A stretch of 64,000 nucleotides of DNA from positions 44,206,001-44,270,000 of the forward strand of contig OX597833.1 of the NCBI GenBank assembly GCA_951406725.2, given 5' to 3'. The notes below the pieces were generated by a model, which was not told the origin of the DNA, did not search any database, and was given only the letters and a program-made list of their open reading frames with translations. Every line of letters begins with the position of its first letter. The first letter of the stretch is position 1. Made by a program: the position numbers and the translations under genes. Source of the DNA: Octopus vulgaris (lineage: Eukaryota). This document shows, in pieces, positions 12,666-26,248 of the stretch.

Positions 12666-12949
12666 ATTTTCTCAAAACAACTTGTCCGACCGTCCCATAG
12701 GCCTCTCCTATGGTATGTAAGTCTTTGATATATGGTGGCTAGACCAGCCAAGCGTCACGGCTTGGTCAGTTTAAGGCCATCTGACCTCGTGGCTCTGAAT
12801 GTTTAATCAGACGCACAGACAGACACTAAACTATCATAAGTTTATTCAGGCACACACGCCAGTATACACTCACACGTATGTGCGCCTGCCCATCCGCACG
12901 CACATTCATGTATACATATACATACGTACATACCTATATCATGTGGGGC

Positions 12950-13400
12950 ACGATATAGAGATGGGATCTTCCGACTCCGCACAATGCACTGACACAGTTG
13001 GGGCCTGCATCCTATCCTTAATCCAGACCACTCTCCCAGGGATGGGAGTGAGCTTCTATTTTAACCGTTGCACTAATGTAGAACTTGAAAGCTATAAGAA
13101 GAAACTATATAAATTATTTAAGAATTCTGGACTAGCAGTAACTGTAGAAATGGAATACCGCAAGGTTAACTTCCTATGTGCCGCATTCAACTTTGACACC
13201 AGACTCTTACGAGCCTTTCACCGAACCAAATTCCAACCTAAAATACATTATTTCCAGGTCGAATCATCCACCCTCCATTATACGGTGTCTTGCATAGAAT
13301 ATTCAGACCAGGGTTTCGCGACTGTCTGACTCCGAAATTATTTGACCTGCATGCACCTTATTACAATGAGGCACTGGCTAGGGCAGGACACGGAGAATGC
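12950..13400 (+). mobile_element. Degenerate Penelope-like RT fragment (copy at about 53330-53790, -)
   Basis: MGSSDSAQCTDTVGACIL, KKLYKLFKNSGLAVTVE..KVNFL, APYYNEALARAGH match the PLE RT pattern. Confidence 0.7.
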
Positions 13401-13826
13401 ATTAACTTCATACACCAGAATAACACACACACCACACACACAAATGATACGCAGGCAAAAAATACAGGCTCAAAAACACCTTCACTTACGGAAATTACAT
13501 TATATTGTAAACGACATTATATCTGTTGAATATAGGGTGGTACCTGTGTGATTTTGGGAAGCACCTGTCAAATGCTGTGAAAAACTGTCTAACGATCTTG
13601 GAAGTCACATTTGAGGCGTGGATCAGGTTATACCGGAGAACTGTGTGGTTTCAGCATTTGGTGTTAGGCATTTTTATGTGAGTGTGTTGTGTTTGTTTAG
13701 TTCGATCAATATTGTGAGGTGTAATTTTGTTTAGGTGAGAGAATTTATGGTTAGGAGGATTAGTATCACGGTTATTGTTATGGTTGGGTTTTACACATTT
13801 ATGGTGGTGTAATGTGTCAGTGTAAT

Positions 13827-13904
<78 letters not shown>

Positions 13905-14750
13905 TGTGTACATAGTACTATGACGTATGGCCAACCAAAACCTCGTGAGTAGATCCGGTGTTGAAAACAGAAATAAGACCTGTACATGTATGTATGTGTG
14001 TGTGTATGTATGTATGTATGCATGCATGTATTTATGCATGTGTGTATGCGTATATACTTATATATATTTATATATCAAGAGAGTGAGAAAGAGAGAGGGG
14101 CTAAGAGCTGGTTCCACATTCAACAAAACCATGGATTCCCAAACCAGGGCACCACAAACAGATGCAGTCTGAAGTCATACCTAGGGTATAAATATTTCCA
14201 CGAAACATCTGTCTGTTTGCCAGCAGCATAAATTGGTTGAAACCACAGAAAAGCATCTTTAGTGAAGCACTGAAAACAAAAGATTCTTGTGCCATCCGAT
14301 ATTTTTTTCTTATTCTTTTCCAACTCGTCTTTTGTAGGAAACCCTCATCAGTTTCTTTCTATCTCACTAACTGGTGTTTCTTCTTTACGCCACCAGTGTA
14401 ATGTCTGTCCACATGCGGAGTACACCTCCGAAATAGTCCTGTGATCTTCAGGACTCATGTCATCCGGCCATGTATCATTACAGGCTCCTCTGCGCCTACC
14501 TCAACTAAATAGTGTGTAGTATTGATGGTTGCCAAATGAAGACAGAGCGACAGGAGCGGATGGTCGATACAGAGGTGAATTAATGGCTTGCGCACTTGGA
14601 ATGAAAAAGTGAAAGAGAGCGAGAGAGAAAAAGACAGACAGAAAGTTTGAGAGAGACAAAGAGAGTGACAGACAAACAGACAGATATGAGGACAGATCTT
14701 TTCAAACACAGTAAATTGTCATTCATGAAGCCTCTTCCTTCATCTCTTAA

Positions 14751-14969
14751 CCCTTTAGTGTTCTGATTATTCTATCAAACATAATGCTAATTGATTCACA
14801 TTGATCTGAATTAATCATGCATTAACTCATATCTTCAAGATCTTGATGGTGTAATTACCTAATGTAGAATAACATTGTAGGATAGGTGTGAGAGCCTGGA
14901 TCTGGTCAGTTTGAACAAAAAACAGATTAAATATTTTGGCCGGATATGGCGGGTTTAAATACTAAAGGG
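14751..14969. mobile_element. piggyBac-type MITE
   Basis: TTAA|ccctttag ... ctaaaggg|TTAA. Confidence 0.75.
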
Positions 14970-15049
14970 TTAAGTAGAGGTTCAAGATCTTAAGGTCATT
15001 CTTCTTCACCACTCCATGCCATGTCTTGGACATCTCTCTTCCATAGCTC

Positions 15050-15600
15050 TTTCTACGTTTAGCGATTGGCAATCTTTATACAGCTGTCTTCATCCACCTG
15101 CATCCCATGAACATACCAGTGTAATTACCCCTCCAGCACACCACGTGATGCCTTTTTTTCCTCAACTTTTCTCTCACCACATTTGGTTTTAGTCGTACAG
15201 GCACACTGATGTGGAACATCCATCGTGGTATGCTACTTTCATATCTTTCTATCCATCGCATATCTTCTGCATTCACATCCCAAGTTACACTATTACGTAA
15301 CATTGTTGTTCGTACACAGGTATTATACAATCTGGCTTTCGCTCTGACAAAGCTATCATTTGTTACAAATAGCTCTTGTTCTAGCAGTTATACGTTCAGA
15401 ACATATTTTTGCCCTGTTAATTTGGTCTCTTATTTAACAGAAACTGTCTACTAATTTTAGGGAACCGCCTGGCTATTCCAAAAAGTCTTTTTTCCGGTGC
15501 ACTCTCATTGTTTATTTATCTAGCATGTCTATTACAAAGTTTACTTTACCTGTTAACCTTCCTGTGATTCCACTGCAACTCTTACATGTCCGTAGTTTGC
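15050..15600 (-). mobile_element. Old RTE 3' fragment (copy at about 51450-51870, +)
   Basis: YNTCVRTTMLRNSVTW...ERYESSIPRWM. Confidence 0.6.
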
Positions 15601-16356
15601 CTTTCCCTTGAATAACACTGGTGGCGTGGAGAGAGTAGGCCGGTATGCATGGGCGACTGCTGGTCTTCCATAAACAACTTTGCCCGGATTTGCCCTGGGA
15701 GGGTAACTTTCAAGGTGCAATCCCACGGTCAGTCATGACCGAAGGAGGTTTCAGCATGGGACTATATAAGATAGCCTGAACTTTCTGTTCAAGCTGTTTA
15801 GTTCGTCTACTGTCCATGTGATTATTATTATTATTGAGTGAGAGAGCAGTGCGTGCCATCAAAGTGACACTGGGGTAAAATATACGAAGCCCAGTATACC
15901 CATCATGACTACCCGTCCGATAAGGGTACATCAGGCACATGCATCACAACCATATGTGCGCGACATGGTGATCTCATAACAAGATAAACAGCGCATGACC
16001 TTGCGGGTGGGGCCCAGTTAGAATTTTCTTCTGGTCGGTTAACCCATCCCACTCAAACGGTCCCTGATTAAGGGTTGTTTAAGGATGTTGAATGAAACAC
16101 CCATGTTTCCAGGGGTGAATTATTCAAACCTCAGATGCTTTCCCACTACTTCTGCTTGTGATTAGAGATGCATATATCTTCAGCCACTAAGGGACATGGT
16201 CAACTGGTTAAGGTCAAACAACTGACAAGCAAATCTGTGGTATTGAGAAGAATATTTACCAAGACAAAACAATGTACATGATAACACTTCCAATCAGTTA
16301 AGATCAGAAGCCACGGGAGCCACTGCTTGGTACTTATTATTATTACTATTATTATT

Positions 16357-18950
16357 CAGTAGTATATTTTTTATATCGTGCTTTCACTTCACTACCGAGC
16401 GCAACTCTGTGTGCCTTGGGTATATGCTGTGATTTGTTGTGATGCTCTGATGGTTATTGTATGGAAAGTGTTCTGCGTAGGATGTGTGCAGTGCCTAGTA
16501 GTGCAATTTTCTGTATGTTATATGTGTTTGTAAGTCCTGGTGTTTTTGTTATGTATTTGTCTGAATATTTTTTTATGCACCTATTATGATAGGACTTGTT
16601 TCTGTTTTTAGATTCCACATTCTGGTTACCTCTATTTCCAGGTCTTTGTATTTTGAAAGTTTCTCCATTTCTTTTAGAGACACGTTGTCATCCGCTGGTA
16701 TTGATACATCAATTAGAAAACACTCTTTTTTCATCATGATCTCTGACAACTATATCTGGTCTGTTGGCCTTAATTTCTCTATCTGTGTGTATTGGCATAT
16801 CCCAGAGTATGGTTGCTTTCTCGTTTTCTGTGACCTTTTCTGGTGTGTGCCTATACCATCTTTTTTCTGTTGTTATTCCATAATGTTGGCATAGTTTCCA
16901 GTGTATATATGTCTCAACTCTGTCGTGTCTTTGAATATATTCCTTCTTAGCCAGGACTGGGCAGCCAGAGATAATATGATTTATTGTTTCTTGTCCATCT
17001 CCACATATTCTGCAGTTACTTGTTATATTTCTTTTCATTACATGTTTTTGGTAATTTCTGGTGGGGAGGCTTTGGTCTATTTCTTTTTCATTTAGTTCAG
17101 TCCAGTATTTGCCATGAAGGGGCTTTTCTTGCCATCGTTTTATCATGGTTCGTTGCTGTTCTATTTTTAGTTTGGATTTCATTTGTTTTATAGCTTTTGT
17201 TTCTTCTTCTTCTTCTTCTTCTTCTTCTTCTTCTTCTTCTTCTTCTTCTTCTTCTTCTTCTTCTTCTTCTTCTTCTTCTTCTTCTTCTTCTTCTTCTTCT
17301 TCATATTTGTTAGGTGGTATGATTTCTTGTTTGTATTTGTCAGCTTCCTTAAATACTGAGAACAGTTTTTTTGTTTTGCTCGTGTTTTGCCGCTATTTGT
17401 ATCAGTTTTCCTTCCTTCTGATGTAGATATTGTTGCAGTCCTATGGTGGTTATTTTATAGTAGTTTTCCAGCTGTATAAGGCCACTACCATCATCTATAC
17501 GTTGTATATATAGCCTTTCTATGTCAGATTTTGGGTGATGCATCCTAGATCCTGTCATTATTTTTCTTGTTTTCCTATCTATTTTGGTCAGTTCATTTAG
17601 TGTCCAGTTAAGGATATTGTAGCTGTAACTTATAACTGGGACGGCTAAAGTGTTGATACCTATTATCTTGTTTTTAGCATTGAGCTCTGCTTTCTGTATT
17701 GATCTAACTCGTCTATAATATTCTTTTTTTATTTTCTCTTTCATTTGTGTGTGTTGTGTCTTATCTAGCTCATGGAGTCCTAAGTATTTGTAAGTTTGGC
17801 TTTGGTCTAATTCTTTTATTTCATTGTTTTTATCTAGTGTGATGTTGCTACTATTAATTAGTTTTCTTCTTTTCATTGGCGCATTTCTCTAATCCAAATT
17901 TCATATCTATTTCTTTGGTAAATCCTTTGAAACTGTTTTTAGTAGTGTTTCCAGCTGTTTTTCATTTGCAGCGTATAGTTTTAGATCATCCATATATAAA
18001 AGGTGGCTGATCTTTTTGCCGTAACATTTATATCCGCATCCAGTTCTGTTTAGCATGTCCGATAGAGGTGACAGTGCCAAGCAGAAAAGGAGTGGAGAGA
18101 GCGTATCTCCCTGGAATATTCCTCTTCTAATGGGGATGGCTTTGCTTTTCACAATTCCCTCTTTCGTTTGGAGCTGTAGCACTGTTTGCCATTTATTCAT
18201 AGAGTGTCCTATGTACTTTATAATTGTTGGTGCAACTTTGTTCATGGCTAGTGTTTCGAGAATCCATGTGTGGGGGATGCTATCAAACGCCTTTGTGTAG
18301 TCGATCCAGGTCTTTCTTCTTTCTGTGGCTGTCTTCAGTTATGGCTTTATTAATCATTATTTGATCTTTACAACCATATGAGCCTTTGCGGCATCCTTTC
18401 TGCTCTTCTGGAAACAGGTTGTTTTCGTCCAGGTGCTTGTTCAATATTTGCGATATTACTGCAGTAAATGCTTTGTACATTGTAGGGAGACAGGTTATAG
18501 GTCTGTAGTTTTCTGATTTTGCTGTCCCATTTGATTTGGGAATTAAGATGGTATTCCCCTTCGTGAGCCATTCAGTCATTGTCTCTGGCTCTGCCAGTAT
18601 GTTGTTAAAATTTTCAGCCAGCTTTTTGTGCATTCCTGTTAGATATTTCAACCAGAAGTTGGGGATCTTGTCATGCCCAGGTGCCTTCCAGTTGCTTAGT
18701 CTTTGCAGTGCTTGGGTGACCTGTTAAGTTGTTATGGGGGTCCAAAGTTGCTCAGAAGCTGAGTTTGTTGTTTTAATACTCCTTTTTTTTTTTTTGGTTG
18801 TTCGTTCGCCGACCATATTTCTCTCCAGAATTCTTCCACTTCTTCTGCCGTTGGTGCTGCAGTGATTTCTATTTTATTTTTGCCAAGTTCTTGGTAGAAC
18901 TTTTGGGGGTTGGAGTTGAACTGTTTGTTTTGTTCAAAGAAACGATGGCG

Positions 18951-18952
<2 letters not shown>
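16357..18952 (-). mobile_element. R4/Dong-clade non-LTR element (RT + CCHC + RLE), internally deleted copy in (TAA)n
   Basis: NYRPITCL, GIFQGD, YMDD, CRICG..ETINHIISGC, RHD, RPDIV motifs. Confidence 0.88.
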
Positions 18953-19010
<58 letters not shown>

Positions 19011-19110
19011 ATTATTATTATTATTATTATTGTTATTATCATTATCATCATCGTCATCATCATCATCATCATCACCATCATCATCATCAGCATCATCATC
19101 ATCATCATCA

Positions 19111-19147
<37 letters not shown>

Positions 19148-19438
19148 TATTATTATTATTATTCAGGTCACTTCCTGAAATCAAACTCGGAATCTTGGGG
19201 TTAAGAGCGCGGCCACTAACCCCAAGATTCTGAGTTCGATTCCAGAGAGTGACAAGATGAAGACTGGAGGATATATCAGCCGAAACTTGTGTTACAACAA
19301 ACAAGATGAGGACAAATATCCGTCAATTGTAAATAATATAAATAATATACATACATACATACATATATATACATACGAAAGAAGGTTTCAAAATGCAATT
19401 TAAAAGATGTTTATTTACTTTACCGGTTTCACATATAT

Positions 19439-19476
<38 letters not shown>

Positions 19477-19564
19477 AGAGATATAGATAGATAGATAAAT
19501 AGATATGTAGATACATAAACTTACTTGTAAATGAACACGTTCAATCAAATAATAATATAAATAA

Positions 19565-19606
<42 letters not shown>

Positions 19607-19897
19607 ACGGGTTTTAAAAAAGTATTTTAAAATACTTTTTTAAAACCCGTTATAAGACTGTGCAACACTAAAAGAACTTTCAGAAACCCATTTGTTACCT
19701 AAATCTTATTTTTATAGAACAATCCCTAATGTTTCAGGAGTGTAACATCACCTCCTTAGATGTTTGGAGAACTCAGATGTTTTTTCGGCTGATGAGTACG
19801 GGTCACTTATATTTACTGCAATATTTGCAGCCTTAATAAAGCTGTCTTCGTACGAAACAATTCTACCGAAATATTGATCCATTCTTGTTGCTTTTTT

Positions 19898-19968
<71 letters not shown>

Positions 19969-20767
19969 ATAAATATACACGACGGGATTCTGCACAATTT
20001 CTGTCTGGCAAATTCACTTACAAGTCATTGGATATTCTTGGACTATTTTAGAAGACATTTACCCAGGGATTGGCCCCGAGCCATACGTCCCCAAGCTACA
20101 ACAATCAAGTTCATCTCACATGACAACATTGCGACTTGAGTCAGATTTTTTTTGTTATACGTAAGTGGCCCTGCCTTACGTAACATAATTCTGAAAATCA
20201 CAGAAATAAAAGTCTTCGTAAGATTCAAAAGTTTATTGAACAAATTACACCGAGAAATACGAAGCAAACAATCGACATCCGAACATATTTCGGCATAAAA
20301 TTCTATCCACGAGTAAGTAAAGTTTAGTTAAAATATCACTTAATAGAGTTCTCCAGGCAGTGTTGTCAAGTTTAACATGGTCTGGGACAACAAAGGCGAA
20401 AACATTATACTACGTTATATACTGCGTGTAACCAAGCCAATCTATAAATGATTACTGGGGAATAAGAGCAACGACGTCGTCGAGGGAACTCTGAGGGCGT
20501 AGGAAAAACAATACACTTGTTTTGTCCGAAGAATTTCCGAGCCGGAGTCTATGATTTAATTCTAAAAATCCTTCGCCTGGCAGTGATATTGTAATACACT
20601 GCCGTAACGGGTAAAGCCTACAAGCGTGGCATTGCCTTTAGCCACATCCGCTCAAGAGCACACCGCGCCATAAAAGTGTCCTTCAATCGATCGTACAATT
20701 CTTGAGCGTCGCTGTCTTGAAGATTTACGTTGAGCAGCCGCAATCATTTGCCGGATGGATCCGGTTA

Positions 20768-21153
20768 TCTCTCTCTATATAAACGGCAGTTTGTCTGTGC
20801 GTGTTTCTGTGTGTCTGTTTTCTTGTACCCTCACCCTGACCACAGCTTTCAATCGATTCTGATGAAACTTGACACACACATAGCCCAATGTCATAATTCA
20901 AAACTAACGCAGCGAAAATTTTGAAAAGTTCCCCCAGTTCTGAAAAAGATCGATAAATTCGACATGGGGTCGAGAATCAGGAACACAAACCACAAACTGT
21001 GTAGGGGACGCAACTCCACCTTTTTTAACTATCAAAAAAAAATTTACCATAATTTTTTTTCCATTTTTTTGCTGTTTTTTGGCTATAACTCTCTAAAAAT
21101 GCTTTATAGTTATTTCCCTTACAAACCTGAGCAACGCCGGGCGATACTGCTAG
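20768..21153 (+). mobile_element. Non-autonomous Helitron
   Basis: 5' TC, subterminal hairpin cctgagcaacgccggg, 3' CTAG, A^T target, no TSD; empty site at about 30843. Confidence 0.92.
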
Positions 21154-21772
21154 TATTTTATATAATGAAAATCGCCCTGTCACTTTTCGTTTATTACATC
21201 GACCAGGAGGTCATGGCGAAAGTGATCGTGTGATAAACTCTCATGACTTTTCAAGTTCCAGTTAGAAACGAAAATAAGCATGCAAAAGGAGGTGCTTCCT
21301 CCAAGTAAATTTGTTGGACAGTGGATGAATTGCCCTAGACTAAGCGTGAGCTTGTAGTTTGAGAAGCACGGCGGAGAGAGAAGCATTTACCATGACACTA
21401 CTGGTGATCAGGGTGACTCAGGATCTGTGGGTTACTTGGTTGCCTCTGGATGCATTTCCCTCTGGTAGGGAAATTTGTTGCTATAATTTTCCTGTTGTTA
21501 TAGTTTTTGTTTTTCATTGCTTACACATGTTTAGGTAAATTCCCAATGTCCTTGATTATTTCTTCTGTGGCGGCGAGCTGGCAGAATCGTGTGCACGCCG
21601 GAAAAATGCTTAGCGGCATTTTGTCCGGCTTGACTTTCTCTTTCATCTTTTCGGGGTCGATAAAATAAGTAAATGTTGATTACTGGAGTCGACGTAATGG
21701 ATTTCCCCTCCTCCAAACTTTCTGCCCTTGTATCAAAATTAGAATGAAATATATTTTCTCTCTCTGTTACAG

Positions 21773-21852
21773 AAAAATTGTATAATGCAAATATTATGAC
21801 TAAGATTGTAACATTTGCAACATACATGCTTTTTATTAGCAATTTGCGTTAA
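21773..21852 (+). pseudogene. Duplicated orphan copy of last coding exon (E)KLYNANIMTKIVTFATYMLFISNLR*
   Basis: Inverted copy of 30222-30143; the upstream exons are absent from this arm. Confidence 0.7.
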
Positions 21853-22359
21853 GGATCTCGAAAAATATAAAGAAACAGAATCAACCTGGTTAGTAAAATA
21901 TTTTTCATTTGGTTTTCTTCTGTGATTTTGTTATCCTTGTATAAAATCTTATTGATTTAGTTTCTGCTTAATTTGTGCTTAATACATTGCCTTTTTTAAA
22001 ATCTCACTGTTGTTGTCATCATCCTTCTTTAATGATTAGATTGGCATTCATCAAGCAAAGGTATTGGAGCACTGAACATCCCATAGCATCCTTTACTTGT
22101 TCCAGTCATTGGACTGCGACCATGCTCGGCCACAACCTTGAAATACGGAACAAATAAACCTCACTACTTATCTTTAAGTCTGGTACTAATTCGATCGGTC
22201 ACTTTTGCTGAACCACTATGAGTTGGGGCTGTATACAAGCAACACTTGTTGTCAAGCGCTGACTGGGGTCAAATACGTACGTACATACATATATACATAC
22301 ATACATACATACATACATACATACATACATACATACATACATACATACATACATGCATC

Positions 22360-24533
22360 TATACATGGTGGTGGATGTTATCTACTCCTTATACAGGGTT
22401 TGACTACCTCCTGTACCTACACCTTGCGCCATCATGGCGTCTGATGTGATTTTTTAAACCAGACAATGTTCTGAAAAGACACCCACATAGATTGCACCTC
22501 TGATTAGGACCACCAAGAGCTGCAGATAAGTTCTGCTGTTTGTGGATCTTAACATGTCTTTTGAGGCCTCCATTGGATTTTCAAACATTCTGGCATACAC
22601 TGCATTCAAAAGTGTGCACAGAGATATAGCCAGAATGGTTGGTTGAGGTTCGTTTTCCAAGCGTTCGCGGATGAGATTTGAGGCCAGCCAAAGACAGGCA
22701 TGGTCTGTCACAGACTGTGCCCACAAAAAAGATCATTGTCATTCACCTTCTCGATCGTTACATTCTTCCTTACATCTCTTTTGGGTCTTACATGCGTTAT
22801 CCTGGCCGCTTCAAATGCTTTTACTTCACTCACGACCTTTGTTCGCCATCCATCTCGATCCGAAGCAAGGGTTTCTATATCTTCTGGAACCATTCCAAGT
22901 GACTTCATAGTAGTCCTTATGCCGTCCTTAAACCTTTTTTTTAGGTTTACGCAGATAGCGTTTCCCCTCTGCAAGCTCACCATAAAACAGCTGTTTTGGC
23001 ATGCGTTCATCAGCCATTCGAACAATATGGCCACACCATCTCAACTGGTTCCTCAAAATCATAGCTATAATTGAGGTGATGCTTGCAGATGCAAGGACAT
23101 CTGTGTAAAAGAGCTCCATTCAATTTTTAAAATCCGACGAACGAATTTTTGCTGGAATTGTTCTTACAGTTTAAAATGCCTTTCACAGCAAGCCCAAGTT
23201 TCATAGGAATACAACAGGGATGGCAAGGCAAATGATTTGTAAAGAGCTAGCCTTGTATTCTTGTTTATATGTCGCTGGCACTAAACATGTGACTCCAAGC
23301 CACCAAATGCTTTTGCTGCTCTTTGAATTCGCATTTGTGTTTCTGTATCAAACTTTCCGGCATTTTGAACAGAGCTTCCAAGGTAGGCGAGCGAATCGAC
23401 TACCTCAAGTAACTTTCCCTTAAGAAAACTTTTAGTGGGTTTGCTAACAGCACCACACGCAGATTGATGCATTACAACGTTTTTTTTTCAGGTTGATGGT
23501 CAAGCCAAAATCATCAGAAACAGATACAAGAGATTGCAGACCTGTTTCAGAATGACTGACAAGATTGCAATCGTCAGAATACAAAGGTTCCCTAATGAGT
23601 GAAGTAAAAACCTTCGTTTTGAATTTCAGTCTGGCCAGATTAAAAACATTCCCTGTTGTTCGATATTTTATGTAAATACCCTCCTCAGAGTTTTGAAAAG
23701 CATATGACAACACAACAGAAACTATATTGTAAAGAGGGTGGGTGCATCAATATCTCCTTGCTTTACTCCATTTTCTAGAGCAAAAGATTCAGAGATCCTA
23801 CCACCAAAATTAACTCTACCTTTCATATCTTGATGGAAAGCCCTGACCTTGTTTATTTTTCTGGGCAACCCATTTTCCTTAGAATTAACCGCAGAGCATT
23901 TCGATTAACAGTATCGAATGCTTTGCTCAAATCAACAAAGCAATGGTATAGAGCAAGATTCTGTTCAATGCACTTGTAATTGTCTGACAGTAAAGATACA
24001 ATCAGCTGTGACCCTGGAGGATCGAAAACCACACTGAGACTCAGACACTATGTTTAGAACTATAAAGGTATTTAAACGTTCTAACAAAATGTGGGCAAGT
24101 ACCTTTCCAACCACAGCCAAAAGCGAAATCCCACGAAATTACCACACAGATCCTTTGGACCCGATTTATACAAAGAGACTAAAATGGCATCAGTCCAGTC
24201 TTGAGGCCCTTTCTCAGTTCTCCAACAGTGACAAATTTATATATTTAAGAGTTCAAACATTTTGTCACCCCCATATTTTAAAACTTCTGCACAGATTCCA
24301 TCAGACCCTGGAGACTTATTGTTATTTAGCTTATTCACAGCTAAATAAATGTCCTTTAGAGTTGGTTCAAATGCCATCTCTTCTATAACTGGAAGATGTT
24401 CAATTTTTTTCTATCGTCCTCATGTCAGCAGATGACGGTCAATTCAAAAGTGCAGAAACATGTTCTACCCAGTGCTTATGAATAGAAGTGATATCAGTCA
24501 GAAGAAAAACATTTTCTGTTATCACTGGAGCTA
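22360..24533 (-). mobile_element. Degenerate RTE LINE (second subfamily), 3' part, adjacent to (ATAC)n
   Basis: LRWCGHIVRMADERMPKQLFYGELAEG, YSDD, GVKQG-like motifs. Confidence 0.85.
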
Positions 24534-24600
24534 AGTGACGGTGACGTAAATACACCAGCATCGGTTGTCAAGCAATGCTAGGGGGACAAACACACACACA

Positions 24601-24684
<84 letters not shown>

Positions 24685-24849
24685 TACGACAGGCTTCTTT
24701 CAGTTTCCGTCTACCAAATCCACTCACAAGACATTGGTCGGCCCGGGACTAGAGCAGAAGACACTTGCCCAAGATGCCACGCAGTGGGAATGAACCCGAA
24801 ACCATGTGGTTGGTTGTAAGCTACTTACCACACAGCCACTCCTGCGCCT
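24531..24849 (-). mobile_element. tRNA-derived SINE (aggcgcaggagtggctgtgtggtaag family) with internal (TA)/(TG) microsatellite, truncated
   Basis: Copies at about 33930-34325, 40590-40918, 44755-45162 (-) and 42280-42620 (+). Confidence 0.85.
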
Positions 24850-24881
24850 ATTCGTTTTTTTTTGTTTTATTTTCTTTTCAG

Positions 24882-25187
24882 TGACATCTTTCATTAAGAA
24901 ACTTGAATTTCTTAACCCGCCCGCTGAAGTAAACAAGTTAGCGATCTTCAGATGTTCAGCATACATCGGTGCACCTTTTGGCGCTACTGACTTTTTATGG
25001 AGTCATGAGACAAAACACTACAATTGGATGAATGTGAATGAAGTGCATGTTCGACCTCATGGAAAGTGTTTATCTCCAGCAGTGTCACTTAAGAAATTCG
25101 TTATAAGAGAGGGGGACATTGGTAACTCAAGCGTCTCATGTTCTGTATACAGTGAATCACGCACTCTACAGCTCACCAAAATAACAG
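24882..25187 (+). CDS. Ig-like domain exon (306 nt, phase 1-1) of another paralog; orphan, possibly a pseudo-exon
   Basis: ttcttttcag|TG...ACAG|gtaaac; open frame; C-x14-W...D..C pattern; gapless alignment to 39347-39042, 40/102 aa identical. Confidence 0.8.
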
Positions 25188-26136
25188 GTAAACAAATTTT
25201 CTTTGTGTTATCTTCCTTAACGCCTTTATATATTCTTGTTCATTAATATCTCCTGAAACAATATTTCTGGTTAAATTACACCTTCCAGTAAATTTGTACA
25301 TCCACTCACGGTTATATTGACAATTATATTTATCCTTGACAGGTATATCATTACGATTAACCAAATTTATATAGTTTCTTTTTTAAGATTCTGGAGACAT
25401 TTAGTTGATATAAGAAGCTGCATCCTTTAAATGAACTCTATATGACATGGTTTGCATAAAGTCCTCCTTATGGCGGAAATTGTAGTGAAAAGGTCCGTAC
25501 AACACGGAAAAAGCGGACTTTCTCTTTATAAATACGTACATACACATGCACGCACGCACGTACACACGTACCCACGCAGGGACGCACGCACACGCACACA
25601 CACATGCATACACACACGCACACACTATACACACAGTCGTAGAGAAATGGTGCACCCCGCCCCACGTGGCAAAGTGGTATGACTCAGCCACTATAAAGTC
25701 AGCAATCATTTGTTGTTTGGTCAGTCAGTAGTAGCAGAGTTGTTATTTCGTTTGCAGGCTGGTTAACATCTTGAATTTTTCTGTGAGTTGAATTGTTTTT
25801 CACTGTGTTTGACTGTTTTGTGTTCAACGGCACATCGTTTTGCTGCCTAAGGTGGCTTTGTTGACGCTTGCCTCCTTGTTTGAAAGAGAAATTACAATAA
25901 AAATAAAAATAAAAACGTTTACCCTCTCCTTTCTCTCCAGAAAGGAAAGGGTAAACTATTAGTGGTTTGGAGTTTGGCTGCTCTTTCTAGTGAGTCGGAT
26001 GTCCTATTATGGCCATCCTTTATATGTTTGAATGTATACTACATAGTCTATTGACTATTTTTTCTTTCTCACTTGACCGGTGGTAGCGGAGAAATTTGCT
26101 AGAATATTTTGCTACCCTAAAATTTATTAATTAATG

Positions 26137-26248
<112 letters not shown>

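Larger units (their letters stand above)
12254..19606. repeat. Outer left arm of large inverted duplication (partner 45814-54455)
   Basis: Continuous reverse-complement match including unique sequence and microsatellites; mirrored ORFs, e.g. 12799+ vs 53487- and 15710- vs 50635+. Confidence 0.95.
19973..24533. repeat. Inner left arm of inverted duplication (partner 28848-31620)
   Basis: Reverse-complement match; mirrored ORFs 20043- vs 31343+. Confidence 0.93.

Noticed and set aside
18732-19304. 190-aa Asn/Asp-rich ORF (mirror 45801-46721)
   Set aside because: (AAT)/(GAT) repeats fused to Dong element sequence.
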